Part shown: piece by piece, positions 37,341 to 48,146 of the stretch
How positions within the stretch are numbered: position 1 is the stretch's first letter
How the letters are laid out: every line of letters starts with the position of its first letter
Origin: Cenarchaeum sp.
GTDB taxonomy: Archaea > Thermoproteota > Nitrososphaeria > Nitrososphaerales > Nitrosopumilaceae
Assembly (NCBI GenBank): GCA_965242695.1
Contig: CBDESU010000001.1
Location: 352,001-416,000, forward strand
Reading direction: 5' to 3'
Length of the DNA: 64,000 nucleotides
The notes under the pieces: model-generated
Seen by the model: the letters and a program-made list of their open reading frames with translations, nothing else
Told to the model about the DNA's origin: nothing
The model's database searches: none
Made by a program: the position numbers and the translations under genes

Positions 37341-39281
37341 ATGGCGCCCGGGCGGCGCGCAGCGGGCAGGGGCGCGGGCGGCCACGCCCCCGCCGGATCG
37401 GCAAAGGGCAGGAGAGCTAGCTCTGCTCCCGCCCCCGCCGGATCGGCAAAGGGCAAGCCGGCCCCCGCCCCCGCCGGATCGGCAAAGGGCAAGCCGGCCC
37501 CCGCCCCCGCCGGATCGGCAAAGGGCAAGCCGGCCCCCGCCCCCGCCGGATCGGCAAAGGGCAAGCCGGCCCCGGGATCGCCCGCCGCGTTCGACCACAC
37601 GGCCGTGCGCATGCCAGCGCAGCCCGGCGTGTACCTCATGAAGGACTCGGACGGGACGATCATCTACATCGGCAAGGCCAAGAACCTGCGCAACCGCGTC
37701 CGCTCGTACTTTGGGCGGAACCAGGGGTACAAGACGGCCAGGCTCGTCTCGAGGATAGCCGACATCGAGTTCGTCGTGACCGACAGCGAGAGCGAGGCGT
37801 TCCTGCTAGAGTCGAACCTGATCAAGAGGTACAGGCCGCAGTACAACATAGAGCTAAAGGACCAGCAGCGGTACACGTACCTCCGCGTGACGGACGAAAA
37901 GTACCCGCGCCTGCTCGTGGCGCGCCGCACGCGCGACGGCCGCTTTCTGGGGGGAGGCCGCGTGTACGGCCCGTTCACGCACGGCAGCTCAAAGCTGCTC
38001 ACGGTCGGGACGCTGCGCAAGTCGTTCCAGATACGCATATGCAAGACGCTGCCAAAAAAGGAGTGCCTCGAGTACCACATCGGCAACTGCGAGGCGCCGT
38101 GCGTGTTTGCCGCGGCGCAGGAGAGGTACGCCTCGCACGTGGCCGACCTGGAGGCCGTCCTCAAGGGAGGAAAGGACAAGGACCGGTACCTAGAGGGGCT
38201 GCGCGAGGAGATGGCGCGGGCGGCCGAGTCGCTAGAGTTCGAGCGCGCCGGCGAGCTGCGCGACACGCTTGTGCGCCTCGACAGCCTCGGCGACGAGCAA
38301 AAGATGGACAGGCCCGGCGGCGCGCCCGACGAGGACTATATCGGGATACGGATGGAGGATGCAGGAGCCAGAACGCCGGGTGCGGGCGGAAAGGGCGGCG
38401 GCAGGCGCGGGCGCGGAAAGAGCGGGACTCCACCCGCCGAGCCGGTGGCCCATGTCATGACCCTGAGGCAGTCCAACGGCGTCATACGGGACAGGGACAG
38501 GTTCTCGTTCGACGCCATAGCAGACAACACGTTCTCGGCGTTCCTGTACCAGTACTACAGCACAAGGTCGGTCCCCGAGCGCATCTCGGTCAACGTTATG
38601 CCCGACGGCGCCGATGCGCTCACGTCTGCCCTCTCGAGGAGGGCCGGCCGCCCGGTGCGGATAGGCGTGCCGTCGCGCGGGCGCTCGCGCGACATGATCG
38701 ACCTTGTAATGCGCAACATCGACATGGCGCGCGCCGCCGGCGCAGAGCCGGCCCTGGCCGAGCTCGCATCTGCCCTGGGACTGAGGGCCCCGCCGCGGGC
38801 GATAGAGTGCTTTGATATATCTAACCATGGCGCCGACTACGCGGTCGGATCGATGTCGCGCCTCGTGGACGGGCTGCCGGACAAGGACGGCTACCGCAAG
38901 TTCCGCATAAAGACGGTGCGCGGCCGCGACGACTATGCGATGATCGCCGAGGTCGTAAGGCGCCGCTACCGCCGCCTGCTCGACGACGGGGCGGCCCTGC
39001 CCGACCTCATCGTCATCGACGGGGGGAGGGGGCAGCTGGCAGCCGCGCATGCCTCCCTGCATGCCCTGTCGGCGGCCGTGCCGTGCGTGTCGATTGCAAA
39101 GCGCGAGGAAGAGATATTCGGGCCCGGCGCGGACGCCGGGCCGCTCGCGCTGCCGGCCGACGGCGGCGCGCTGCGGATCGTCCGGCTCGCGCGCGACGAG
39201 GCGCATCGGTTCGGCGTCGCGTACAACCGCAGCCTGCGCAGGATCGGCAGGGGCGGCCGGCGCAAGGCCGACGGCGGGTAG
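37341..39281 (+). CDS. uvrC: Excinuclease ABC subunit C with repetitive N-terminal extension
   Basis: GIY-YIG PGVYLM...IYIGKAKNLRNRVRSYF, IECFDISN, PDLIVIDGGRGQL, RDEAHRF. Start ATG 37341, just after the uvrA stop. Confidence 0.96.
   Translation: MAPGRRAAGRGAGGHAPAGSAKGRRASSAPAPAGSAKGKPAPAPAGSAKGKPAPAPAGSAKGKPAPAPAGSAKGKPAPGSPAAFDHTAVRMPAQPGVYLMKDSDGTIIYIGKAKNLRNRVRSYFGRNQGYKTARLVSRIADIEFVVTDSESEAFLLESNLIKRYRPQYNIELKDQQRYTYLRVTDEKYPRLLVARRTRDGRFLGGGRVYGPFTHGSSKLLTVGTLRKSFQIRICKTLPKKECLEYHIGNCEAPCVFAAAQERYASHVADLEAVLKGGKDKDRYLEGLREEMARAAESLEFERAGELRDTLVRLDSLGDEQKMDRPGGAPDEDYIGIRMEDAGARTPGAGGKGGGRRGRGKSGTPPAEPVAHVMTLRQSNGVIRDRDRFSFDAIADNTFSAFLYQYYSTRSVPERISVNVMPDGADALTSALSRRAGRPVRIGVPSRGRSRDMIDLVMRNIDMARAAGAEPALAELASALGLRAPPRAIECFDISNHGADYAVGSMSRLVDGLPDKDGYRKFRIKTVRGRDDYAMIAEVVRRRYRRLLDDGAALPDLIVIDGGRGQLAAAHASLHALSAAVPCVSIAKREEEIFGPGADAGPLALPADGGALRIVRLARDEAHRFGVAYNRSLRRIGRGGRRKADGG
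37386..37580 (+). repeat. 36-bp coding tandem repeat (PAPAGSAKGKPA)
   Basis: cccgcccccgccggatcggcaaagggcaagccggcc repeated about four times, plus an earlier partial copy. Confidence 0.9.
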
Positions 39282-39318
39282 GCCCGCACTCTCGATGCGG
39301 GCGGCAAACCAGCGGCGG

Positions 39319-42300
39319 CTATCCGGACATGCCTGCAAGCTCGCGCCATACGCTCTTGTAATCCTTCCCCGTGAGTGCCCCCGACTCGGGCCCCCACTTG
39401 CTCTCGGAGAGATCGTCAAGCCACTTTAGGACCTCGCCGCTGCCGCTGGCCGAGTACATGTCACGCTTCCCCAAGTAGTCCGCATACGCGCTCCCGATCC
39501 GCTGTGCGGCGCCCCTCGGAACGCCGTTCATTCGCATGAGCACGGCCTCGTTCGTGCCGACCCCGTGGTACACCATGGCGGGAAGGTTGAGGGCCTGCCT
39601 TGCGCCGGGGCCCGCCGAGCCGCGTCCGTTGCCGTGTATCCTCTGCAGGCCCGCCAGCCCCCAGGATGCGGAGTGGATGATCCTGCCGTAGATTGCCCTG
39701 ACGCAGGCCGTCACGCTGGCCGGATCGCTGCCGCCAAAGTGGGACCGCGATATGTCCACAATCCCCCTTCCGCCCACCCAGTCTGCCACCACGCTGGCTA
39801 TGGCCGGATCGCGCCGCTCCTTGCCGGGCAGCGCCTTGGACAGGTCATCCACCTCGGGGATGCCGTCAAGCATGGCCGTCATGAGGCCGGCGAGCCTCGG
39901 GGATGCCCCCCCCCAAACAGCCCCTCCCTGCTCCACTCTGCTGGCGACATGCCGATGTTCTTGATGGCCGCCGCCGCGCGCTCGACCGACTCGGGCGAAA
40001 ACCCCGTCAGGTCCGACAGCCTCGATGCGGCCGGCTTCCTGTCTAGCTCACCCGCATACTCCCTGATTGCGTCCAAGAGGGCCCGCTGGCCGCGGGGCCC
40101 AAGCTTGCTGTACCCGAACGTCTCCCGCAGCATGACCTCTGACTCGGACACAAACCTGCCAAGGCTGCCGGACTGGTTCTTCATATGCGCTATGTACTGG
40201 ACAAAGCTAGACCATCCCGGCTCGCCTGCCAGCTGCGCAAGGTCTATCTTGGAGTGTGCCGCGAGCACGTCGCCGACCATTTCAACGAGCCTGGATGCGA
40301 GCTCTTCCGTCGACTCTTTGACGTACATTGCCACCTTGTCCATCTTCCCGCCGCGTGCCTTGTCGACTGCGATTCCGACCATGCCCAGGGACGGCTGGTC
40401 CATGCGCCCCGCCCGGCCTAGCAGATTCCAAAAGTCCATATGCCGCATGTTTCCATACCCCTGCGCGTACGACGAGACGAGTATCCCCGAGACGGGAAAG
40501 TTGAGGCCCTGGGCGATGGTGGTGGTGCCTACGAGCACCTGCATCTGCCCCGACTCCATGAGGCGCTCCATAAGGAGCCTGACCTCGTCGGGGAGCCCGG
40601 CATGGTGCACGCCGATCCCCCTGTCCAGGTACTTGACAAGCGGGAATCTTGCGCCCAGCTCACTGGCGACAAACTTTTTGGTCAGTTCCGCCAGGCCGCC
40701 AAGGTCGGGGCCGCCGTCAATGTTTTCGTATATGAGGTCTGCGATCTTCCAGACGCCGTTTATGGTGTCGGACAGGACGAGCAGGCCGTCCGATCTGTCG
40801 ATCTGGGTTGCCAGAAGGGACGTGAGCATGTAGGATGTTTTTCTTACTTGGCTCGCAGTTTTTGAAAAGCCGTCCGTCCGGCCGACTATTATGGGCCCGT
40901 CGATTGTTATCGTGTCGGCGCTGGTGACCAGCGGCTCAAAGTAGGTCGTCATGCTCCTGCCGCGGCCCTCGGCGTAGTATGCTCCGACCATGCGGTCGTT
41001 TGGCTTCCAGTTGATCCCGACCGTGACGGGTCTTGGGCTCTGCGGATCGATCCACCGGGCCACCTCGTCGCTGTTTGGCATGAATGGCGTGAGCAGGAGC
41101 AGGCCTGATCCGGGGCAGTCGCGCTTTATGGTGGAGATCAGCATCTCTAGACTCATCCCCCTTTTCTCGTCCCCTAGGTTGTGGGCTTCGTCTATGATGC
41201 ACAGGGACAGGGACCTGGCAAGCCCGTATTCTGGGTTTCGGATGAGGAGTAGCAGCTTTTCGGGCGTCGTCACCAAGACATCGAACGACCTGACCGAGAG
41301 CATGCCGTCTTCGAACCCGTCTATCTCGACAGCCCCGCTCATCTTTTCGACGCGCAGTCCAACGGGTTCTAGGTCGCGCCGCAGCTTGGCGGCGATCTGG
41401 TTGACTAGAGCCCTGGTGGGGGCGGTGTAGGCCACTATGGAGCCGCCGCCGGGCGGGCCCATGGCCTGAATTATCTTGAACTCTGCCAGCAGCGTCTTTC
41501 CGCCCGATGTGGGTAGGTTGATAACCATGGCGTTACGGGCCTGATCGAGCAGGCCGCCCGCAAGGATTGTCTCTCTCTGGGGATACAGGAGCTCGAATAT
41601 GGGCCGTTTTGATCTCGTGAGGGATCCTACAAACTCTGCCAGCCCGCCGCCTGCCCTCCTTGCAAGCATCCAGACCGAGTTGCGGGCCATCTTCTTGAAC
41701 GCCGGCTTTGCGATCCTCAGCAACACGTCAAGCTCGGCGGATCCGCCGATGCCGCTAGCCTCGATCGACCTGTCGAAGTGGAAGTCGAGCCTGGCCTCTA
41801 TGTCGCTAGGCTCACCACTTAGCATGAACCCCGCTAGCATCTCGATAGACCTTGCAAGATGGTACATGGCGGCAAGGCGGCATGCGGCGGCCGCGCGGGA
41901 TCCCTCATCCAGCCCTTTTAGGTATGGCGCCTCGAGCTCCTCTTGGCTCCTGCGTAGGCCGTCCACCGTCTCTGCGCATCTGAGCAGATCCTCGGGCGCG
42001 TCCTTTTTGACCAGGAGCAGAAACGCGTCGTACACGCCGGACATTACAGTGAATTCCCACCCGTCGTCTTCGGCGGCCGCTTCGTGGGATCCTTCGACGA
42101 CTCCGCCCTGCAGCCTCAGTCCGTCTCCGTGCTCCCTGACGTAACGCCTCATGGCCTCCCAGCGGTCGCCCATGTACGCGTATGCGAAGAGGCGCAGGAC
42201 GTGGCTGAACCTGGCCGCGGGATGCCCCGGTACGGGGCATGCCTCGAGAAAGCCAAAGCACCACCTGCACAGATCCTCGAGCGACGATTCGCCCTGGCCT

Positions 42301-42563
42301 GGCCTGGCACCGGGCGGGGCGGCGTCGCCTGCCTCGCCCCACTGGCGGACGGCGGCCATTTCACAGACCTCTGCGACGTGCTCTAGGTTGCCGACATCAT
42401 ACTGGCCTCCTTGGACGCGGGACGGGAATATCAGGCGCCCTGCCTTGAGGCCGTATGCGACGTTGTGCGCATCGGCTATCCTGCGATCTCCCAGCGCTTC
42501 GAACAGGAAGTGATCCGTCCCTGACGGGCGGCCGCCCCGGCCGGGATGCTCACCGCTTGCCAA
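39319..42563 (-). pseudogene. Ski2-like DEAD/DEAH helicase (HamB-like), frameshifted at a G9 tract
   Basis: LPTSGGKT, APTRALVNQ, VTTPEKL, IIDEAH, HHAGLP, TTTIAQGLNFP, GRAGR. The C-terminus continues in ORF 39319..39936 after the tract at 39906-39914. Probable TTG start at 42563. Confidence 0.8.
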
Positions 42564-43067
42564 ACTACGCCCCCCGCCCTGCAGGCCGCTCGAGGCCGCT
42601 GATTGGAACCGGCACGTACAGTCCGACAAGGCGAAGCGATCCTGTGCCGGGACCACATCCCCTCTCTAGCCTGACGAACGCCGCCTCTAGGTCTACCTTG
42701 TCGGGCTCCTGATCGCTGATCAGAATTCCTGCCGTCGCCCACTTGCACATGGCATACGACCTGAGGGCCTCGTCGTTGCGCCTCCTGTCCGGTTCGCCAG
42801 ATCCGGATCTCGCCTTTTTTACGAGTTGCTGAATCAGGTGCGATACGACCTTTCCAGACCGGAGCCGTTCAAGCTGGACGCGAAGATCCCATACCACGCT
42901 CGGCGGCCTCGTTGTTTCACCCGTGGTCTTTACTTCGCCGAACAGGAACATGATGTTTCTACCACTCGATGCGTAGCCGACCAGGTCGGGGCCGGCTGAG
43001 TATGCGTACAGATTTCGCTCGTCGCGCAAGCGCGGGTACGGAAATGATGCACTCTCAAAGTCCTCTA

Positions 43068-44630
43068 TAGGGGCTCTACTAAAGTTGACAAGAATTGACC
43101 AGGTGTCAAGATCCCTTCACCACTGTGGTGGTATAGCAGGGACGACAGGGTAGGGCATGGGGCGAAAGGGATCGATTCCAGAGGGCAAGGGCTTCATGCC
43201 TGGCACGAGCGCCCACAAGCTCAAGCGCCTTGCCAACAAGGAGATGGACGCGCTGACGGCCAAGAGGTACATGGCCGCGTACCACCGCAAGAAGGGCAGG
43301 TCGTTCAACGAGATAGCCGGGATGGTCCTTGCATCGTACGACGCGGTCAGGGACTGGCTGGTGAAGATGCACAAGGGGGGCCTGAAGGCGGCCCCGCGGG
43401 GCAAGAGCCCCGGCAGGCGCCGATCAATTCCACTCGAGATCCGCTGGGAGTTGATCATGGATGTCTTCATGGGGCCACAGGCGGCCGGCTACAAGGCCAA
43501 CGTGTGGACGTTCAAACTCCTGCACGACCATCTTGAGAAAAAGTACAAGGTGAAGATAGCATACTCGACGGCCGCAAAGAACTTCAAGGAGATGGGCATA
43601 CGGCTCAAGGTGCCCCGCCCCGCACACCCAAAGGCGGCGAGCCTCGAGGAGCGGCTCGCCTTCCAGGCGGAGGCGCGCGCTAAGATCAAGGAGGCCGCCG
43701 CGGCCGGCTACCATACGGTCTTCATCGACGAGGGCCATGCGCAGGGCTACAAGAACGGGCGCGAGACGGCGGGGCTGAGAGGGGTCGAGATCGTGCGCAC
43801 GTCGAGCGTCGGGCGCGCACGCCTGAGCTTCTTCGTAGCCGTCGGCTACGGGTGGGTCTTCGTCATGGAGTGCCCCGGCCGGGCCAACAGCGAGGCGTAC
43901 ATGAGGTTCCTTGACAGGGTCAGCGCCCTAGTCGGCAAGATTCAGACCATAGACGACAACGCCGGGTACCACACCTCGGACAGGTCCAGCGACCACATCC
44001 GGGACAACGCGGACCGCCTGAGGCGCATACCCACGCTTCCGTACACGCCCAACGACAACGTCGCCGAGCCGCAGATCCGCGGCATAAAGACCGCCATGTC
44101 CAACGTAGGGCTCGACAGCGTCGGGGCCATAAGCGGCGAGCTCGGGTGGTGCTTTGAGAGCGACCTAGTCGTCCCGGTCGAGTTCTACGACTATGCGACT
44201 GCGGTCGACGCGCCGCAGATCAGCCCCCGCAAGGCGGCGGGGATCAAGAAAAGGCTCAGGCCGGGAGAGCACTTTGCGTACGTGCAGAGGAGAATGCCGG
44301 AAGAGGAGATCCCCCTGCCGACCATCGAAGAGATTCAAGCGAAGGAGGACAAGATACTCCCTCCGGAAAAGCGCGCAAAGTTGCCCCCTGTGCTGGCCAA
44401 CTCGAACATTCCCGCCAACTTTCTTGCGAGGCTTCCCCAGATATTGCTTGAGGAATAAAGTGGCATGCCCCGCCTGCGATAAATGTTGCACTTGTGCCGC
44501 GCTGCGGAATAACAATTCACGATACAATTGTTTTGTGTAACTATTTTGTGTAACTGTTTTCTGTGACTTTTTTCGCCCGTAATTGCATGCAATCTTCAAT
44601 ACGTTTTCGTGAACTCAAATAGAACCCCTA
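43068..44630 (+). mobile_element. IS630-family insertion sequence
   Basis: Terminal inverted repeats TAGGGGCTCTACTAAAGTTGAC and TAGGGGTTCTATTTGAGTTCAC. TA is duplicated (43066-67, 44631-32), and the empty site reads CTAG. Confidence 0.9.
43157..44458 (+). CDS. IS630-family transposase
   Basis: HTH, winged helix (WTFKLL...KYKVK), VFIDEGH, IDDNAGYH, LPYTPNDNVAE. Confidence 0.9.
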   Translation: MGRKGSIPEGKGFMPGTSAHKLKRLANKEMDALTAKRYMAAYHRKKGRSFNEIAGMVLASYDAVRDWLVKMHKGGLKAAPRGKSPGRRRSIPLEIRWELIMDVFMGPQAAGYKANVWTFKLLHDHLEKKYKVKIAYSTAAKNFKEMGIRLKVPRPAHPKAASLEERLAFQAEARAKIKEAAAAGYHTVFIDEGHAQGYKNGRETAGLRGVEIVRTSSVGRARLSFFVAVGYGWVFVMECPGRANSEAYMRFLDRVSALVGKIQTIDDNAGYHTSDRSSDHIRDNADRLRRIPTLPYTPNDNVAEPQIRGIKTAMSNVGLDSVGAISGELGWCFESDLVVPVEFYDYATAVDAPQISPRKAAGIKKRLRPGEHFAYVQRRMPEEEIPLPTIEEIQAKEDKILPPEKRAKLPPVLANSNIPANFLARLPQILLEE

Positions 44631-45568
44631 TAGATAGCACTCTGCAAGGGCCTCGCTAGTCCTCCATGGCTTTTCTGGAGGGCGTGAGGGGGATCGCAGG
44701 CGCTCCAGCGCCGGCGCCTTAAAGCCTGATGACTCTACTTCTGCAAGGGCCTGTTCCACCATCTGCATGCCTTCGGCGTCTGTGCGGCGCGGCTCGACTC
44801 TTTCCGACACATAGTTGTCGAATCCCTCCACGCCTATCTCAATCCCGTCGCAGGTGCACTCTCCGTCTCCCATGGAGTACACGGCCCTGAGCTTTAGGGG
44901 CGGCTCAGGTGACGAGTCTGCCGCCGCAGTCCACCTGTTGGACGTACCGTCTGAAGTGCTAGGGGACCCATCGCCCGTCCCTGTCGAGCCGGCGTTCTCC
45001 CCGTTTCTGCCTGGGGTGACCCCGACGCCCCCGTTTGCACCCTGGGGACTGTTCGCCGCCGCACTGGACCCTGCACACGCTTCGGTTCGTGCCGTTTGAT
45101 GCGGATCGCACCCGCCCTTGTCGGGGCCCCGTACCATGCCTGCGCCCGACTTACAAGGCACGGCGAGACTTGCTGGCGGATCGCCCTGATGTGCGCGGCC
45201 GGCGAGCATGCGGCGGGATATTGTCCCCGCCGCCGCATCCCTGCGGCACGGCATGGCGGGAGCGATCGGGACGGGACGGCGTGCCTGGCGCACCGCGTAT
45301 GGGGCAGACCTGCAGAAGGCGAACACTGCGTACCACCGCAGGAGAGTCGGTATTTAGTTTTACGTGCAGAGGGCGGCGCCTCCCGGGGCGCCGCGCGCGT
45401 TGCAGGGGGGGACGTGAATGCGCGAATCGCGCCGCGCGGCGGGTGCAGCCTAGTGCCGCCGCCCCTGACCTGCCGCGCCCCCCGCATCCGCCGGACTGAA
45501 TGTGCGTGGATGTGCAGGAGTGGGGCGTGCCGCGCCGACCTGGCATCCCCGCGGTTGCCAACAACGCA

Positions 45569-46632
45569 CTATCTGCGACTCCTCTCGGGATCGTCCGCGT
45601 CGCCTGCCTCCGCCGCTGCGGCCGCCACCGCGCCTGCGAACCACTCTGTCGGCCGGGATTCGCGCGACGAGTAGTGGATCCTGTACGTGTTCGCGCTCAC
45701 CCTTTCAGCCAAGCCGATCCTCACAAACTCCTCCATCGCGTCTTTTATCCACGCCTTCTTGACGCACCCTGGGTTTGACGAGTGTGCAAGCTGGGAGGCC
45801 AGCCGATGCATCCTGTCGACTTCGACATCGACATAGACCACTTTGTTTCCGAGGAGTCTTTTGAGCTTTTTGCCGTGCATCAGGTTGGGAAACACCTGGA
45901 CCCACAGCACGAACATGATGTACGGCAGGGGCGGCCTTGAGTCGTAGAACTTTGTGCTTCGGAGGTCGTTCGATAAGGCCTGTGAGTCGATCGACCAGCC
46001 CCTTCCAAGTGCCTCGTGTGCTTTTTTGTGGGAGATTACCCCCGACGATCTCTTAAGAATATACTCTTCTCCATCGCCGTTGTTTTTACCAGACGCCATC
46101 CCAATGATCGAAAGTGGACTTTTGATTTCTATTCTCCCCTCCCTGAGGGCGGCGGGGAGTCCGGCGGCAAAGTCGTGCGCGTGACCGGCTCTGACCACGA
46201 CTACGATGTCGTGATCGTTGCGCTGACTGCCGCCTCCGTCGTGCGGCGCCTCGTCCTCCCACCCGCCAAGCTCGCCGTCGTAGCGATGCACCTGCTTGGC
46301 CATTTGTTCGATGGCCGCCGTGTGCTGCGGGTACGACGACTTGACCTCGACCACCGCGCGGTATCCTGCACCGCCGGGCCTCCCCCTCGTCTCAAGGGTC
46401 ATGTCGGGGGTGACGGTCGTGCCACCAGCCGTGCGCATCCTCGGCCTAATCGGGCCGCCGGCGCCGGCGCCCAAGCCGGGGTGACGGTCGTGCCACCAGC
46501 CGTGCGCATCCTCGGGCCCTGGCGGAGCCTCGCACCTGCGAGGTCCTTGAAGGCCCTCCCGGCGCAGACTATCGCCTCGACTGTAAACTTGTACGCGCCC
46601 ATTTCGGCGCCCATCGCATCGATGCAGTCCAC
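45569..46632 (-). pseudogene. Putative PD-(D/E)XK nuclease, frameshifted by a 71-bp duplication/insertion
   Basis: ORF 46399..46632 (...GPRMRTAGGTTVTP) continues in 45569..46666 (PRMRTAGGTTVTPDMTLE...AVVEVKSS). Confidence 0.6.
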
Positions 46633-47710
46633 TACGACCCACCGTCGTACCTTTCGATCGTGGCATCGCCGAATTTCTCCATTACGTGGTTGACCAGCCT
46701 CGACATCGATGCGTCGGTTGCAGAGAACGTGGGTATAATTGTAAGCTTGTCGTTGGCCAGTGCCATGATGTCGTACGTCGAGCAGTCGCCGTAGTCTACC
46801 AGCGAGATGTGCATGAACATGTCGCTAAGGTAGTCGAAGAATGCGGTGTGGGGCATGGATCCGATAGCATCGATGCGGGCGCTGTTCTTGTCGGGGTCGG
46901 CGAACCAGCGTTCCTTGAACCCCACGATCAGCGAGTCGGCGATCCGCCGGTTGGCCGTCCTGGCGATTGTCCGCAGCTTTTCCGCCCTGCCGGCCGCTAG
47001 GTCTGCGGCCCGGGGGAGCACGGCGCCGAACAGGACGCCCGTCCCGCGGCTTGCAGAAAAGCGGCAGTCCCTGGTCACGGTCAGCATGCAGGTGGTGTCG
47101 GTCCCGTTGCCTTGGGCCTGGCCGGCGGGACTGCAGGACATCTCCACGGCCCTGATCTCGCAACGCTCTTCGTCGCCCTCGCCGGCGAACTCGCCGGCAG
47201 GCCTGTCGATACGATCCGTGCGCGAGTCGTACTTTTCAGGATCGGAGCGCCGTGTCCGGGTCGACACGCGCCTGACCCGAGCATCGCAGATCTCTGCGGC
47301 GGCCCCTACGATGCCGCGCATTTCCTCGTTAGAGAGGTGCACCCTAGTGATCGTCGGGATGCGCTGTCGAGCAGCGACACGAACCGCGCCTCAAAGTCTG
47401 CGGAGGCACAGTCGCTCAGAGCATAGTAGACGTTCGGCTGCCCGCCGCTCCTCACAATCGCGATGCGGATGGGCTCTAGGCCCCGCCCGTTGAGCGTCAG
47501 CACCGACTTGCCGTTCCTGCGTGACACGTCGGGGCGCCCGTCGTCGGGGGCCCACTCGGTGATCTCCGTAGCGGGATGCTTGCGCGAGTGGAGCACCGTC
47601 ACATTGATCGTCGCGCCGCCCCTAGAGGCGGCCGCGTCGGCGGCCCTGGCAAGGCTAGGCAGCCTCCCACTCCTCTCGTACAGCAGCTCTGCGTACTCTT
47701 GGCCCGCCAT
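46632..47710 (-). pseudogene. Hypothetical protein, probably one gene with a frameshift near 47365
   Basis: ORFs 47306..47710 and 46632..47342 overlap and read through as ...FVSLLD/RIPTITRVHLSNEEM... CTTATAG lies upstream, and the stop overlaps the next start. Confidence 0.55.
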
Positions 47711-48146
47711 GCTCTCCCCAATGCGGGCAACGGCGCTGATACTATAAGCCGTTCGCGAGTCGGCTGGTCGTCGTCGCCGTGCAGCGGCGGCGCCAACTTG
47801 CCGCCGCCTCTGGCCCGCTAGCCCTCTGCATTCGCCGGGCAGGACGTGCGTGGATGCGTGGGGGAGAGTGCAGGGCCGCTAGGGCACCTGCGTCCAATGG
47901 AGGCGCAGTTGTTCACTAGATGCGATCCCTGTCCGCCCCTTCACAGTGCGCCGCCGCGCCCGCATGCGCGCCGTCTGCGCCCCTGTGCGGCCTCGCGCAG
48001 GCCGTTCACACTGCCCGCATCCGGCCGGCGATGCCGTGATCCGCACCTGCCTGCGCCCCAGCGCGACGGCGCAGCAGCGGCGCGGATCCCGATCGCACCC
48101 CTCGCCCGCCACGAATAAATACACGCCCCGCCGCCGCCGCGCATGG

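Larger units (their letters stand above)
42565..45137 (-). pseudogene. PD-(D/E)XK nuclease (HamA-like), split by IS630; start uncertain
   Basis: Removing the IS joins ...PWRTSEALAECYL to EDFESASFPYPRLRDERN...GPDLVGY...FLFGEVKT in frame. The stop abuts the helicase start. Confidence 0.7.
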
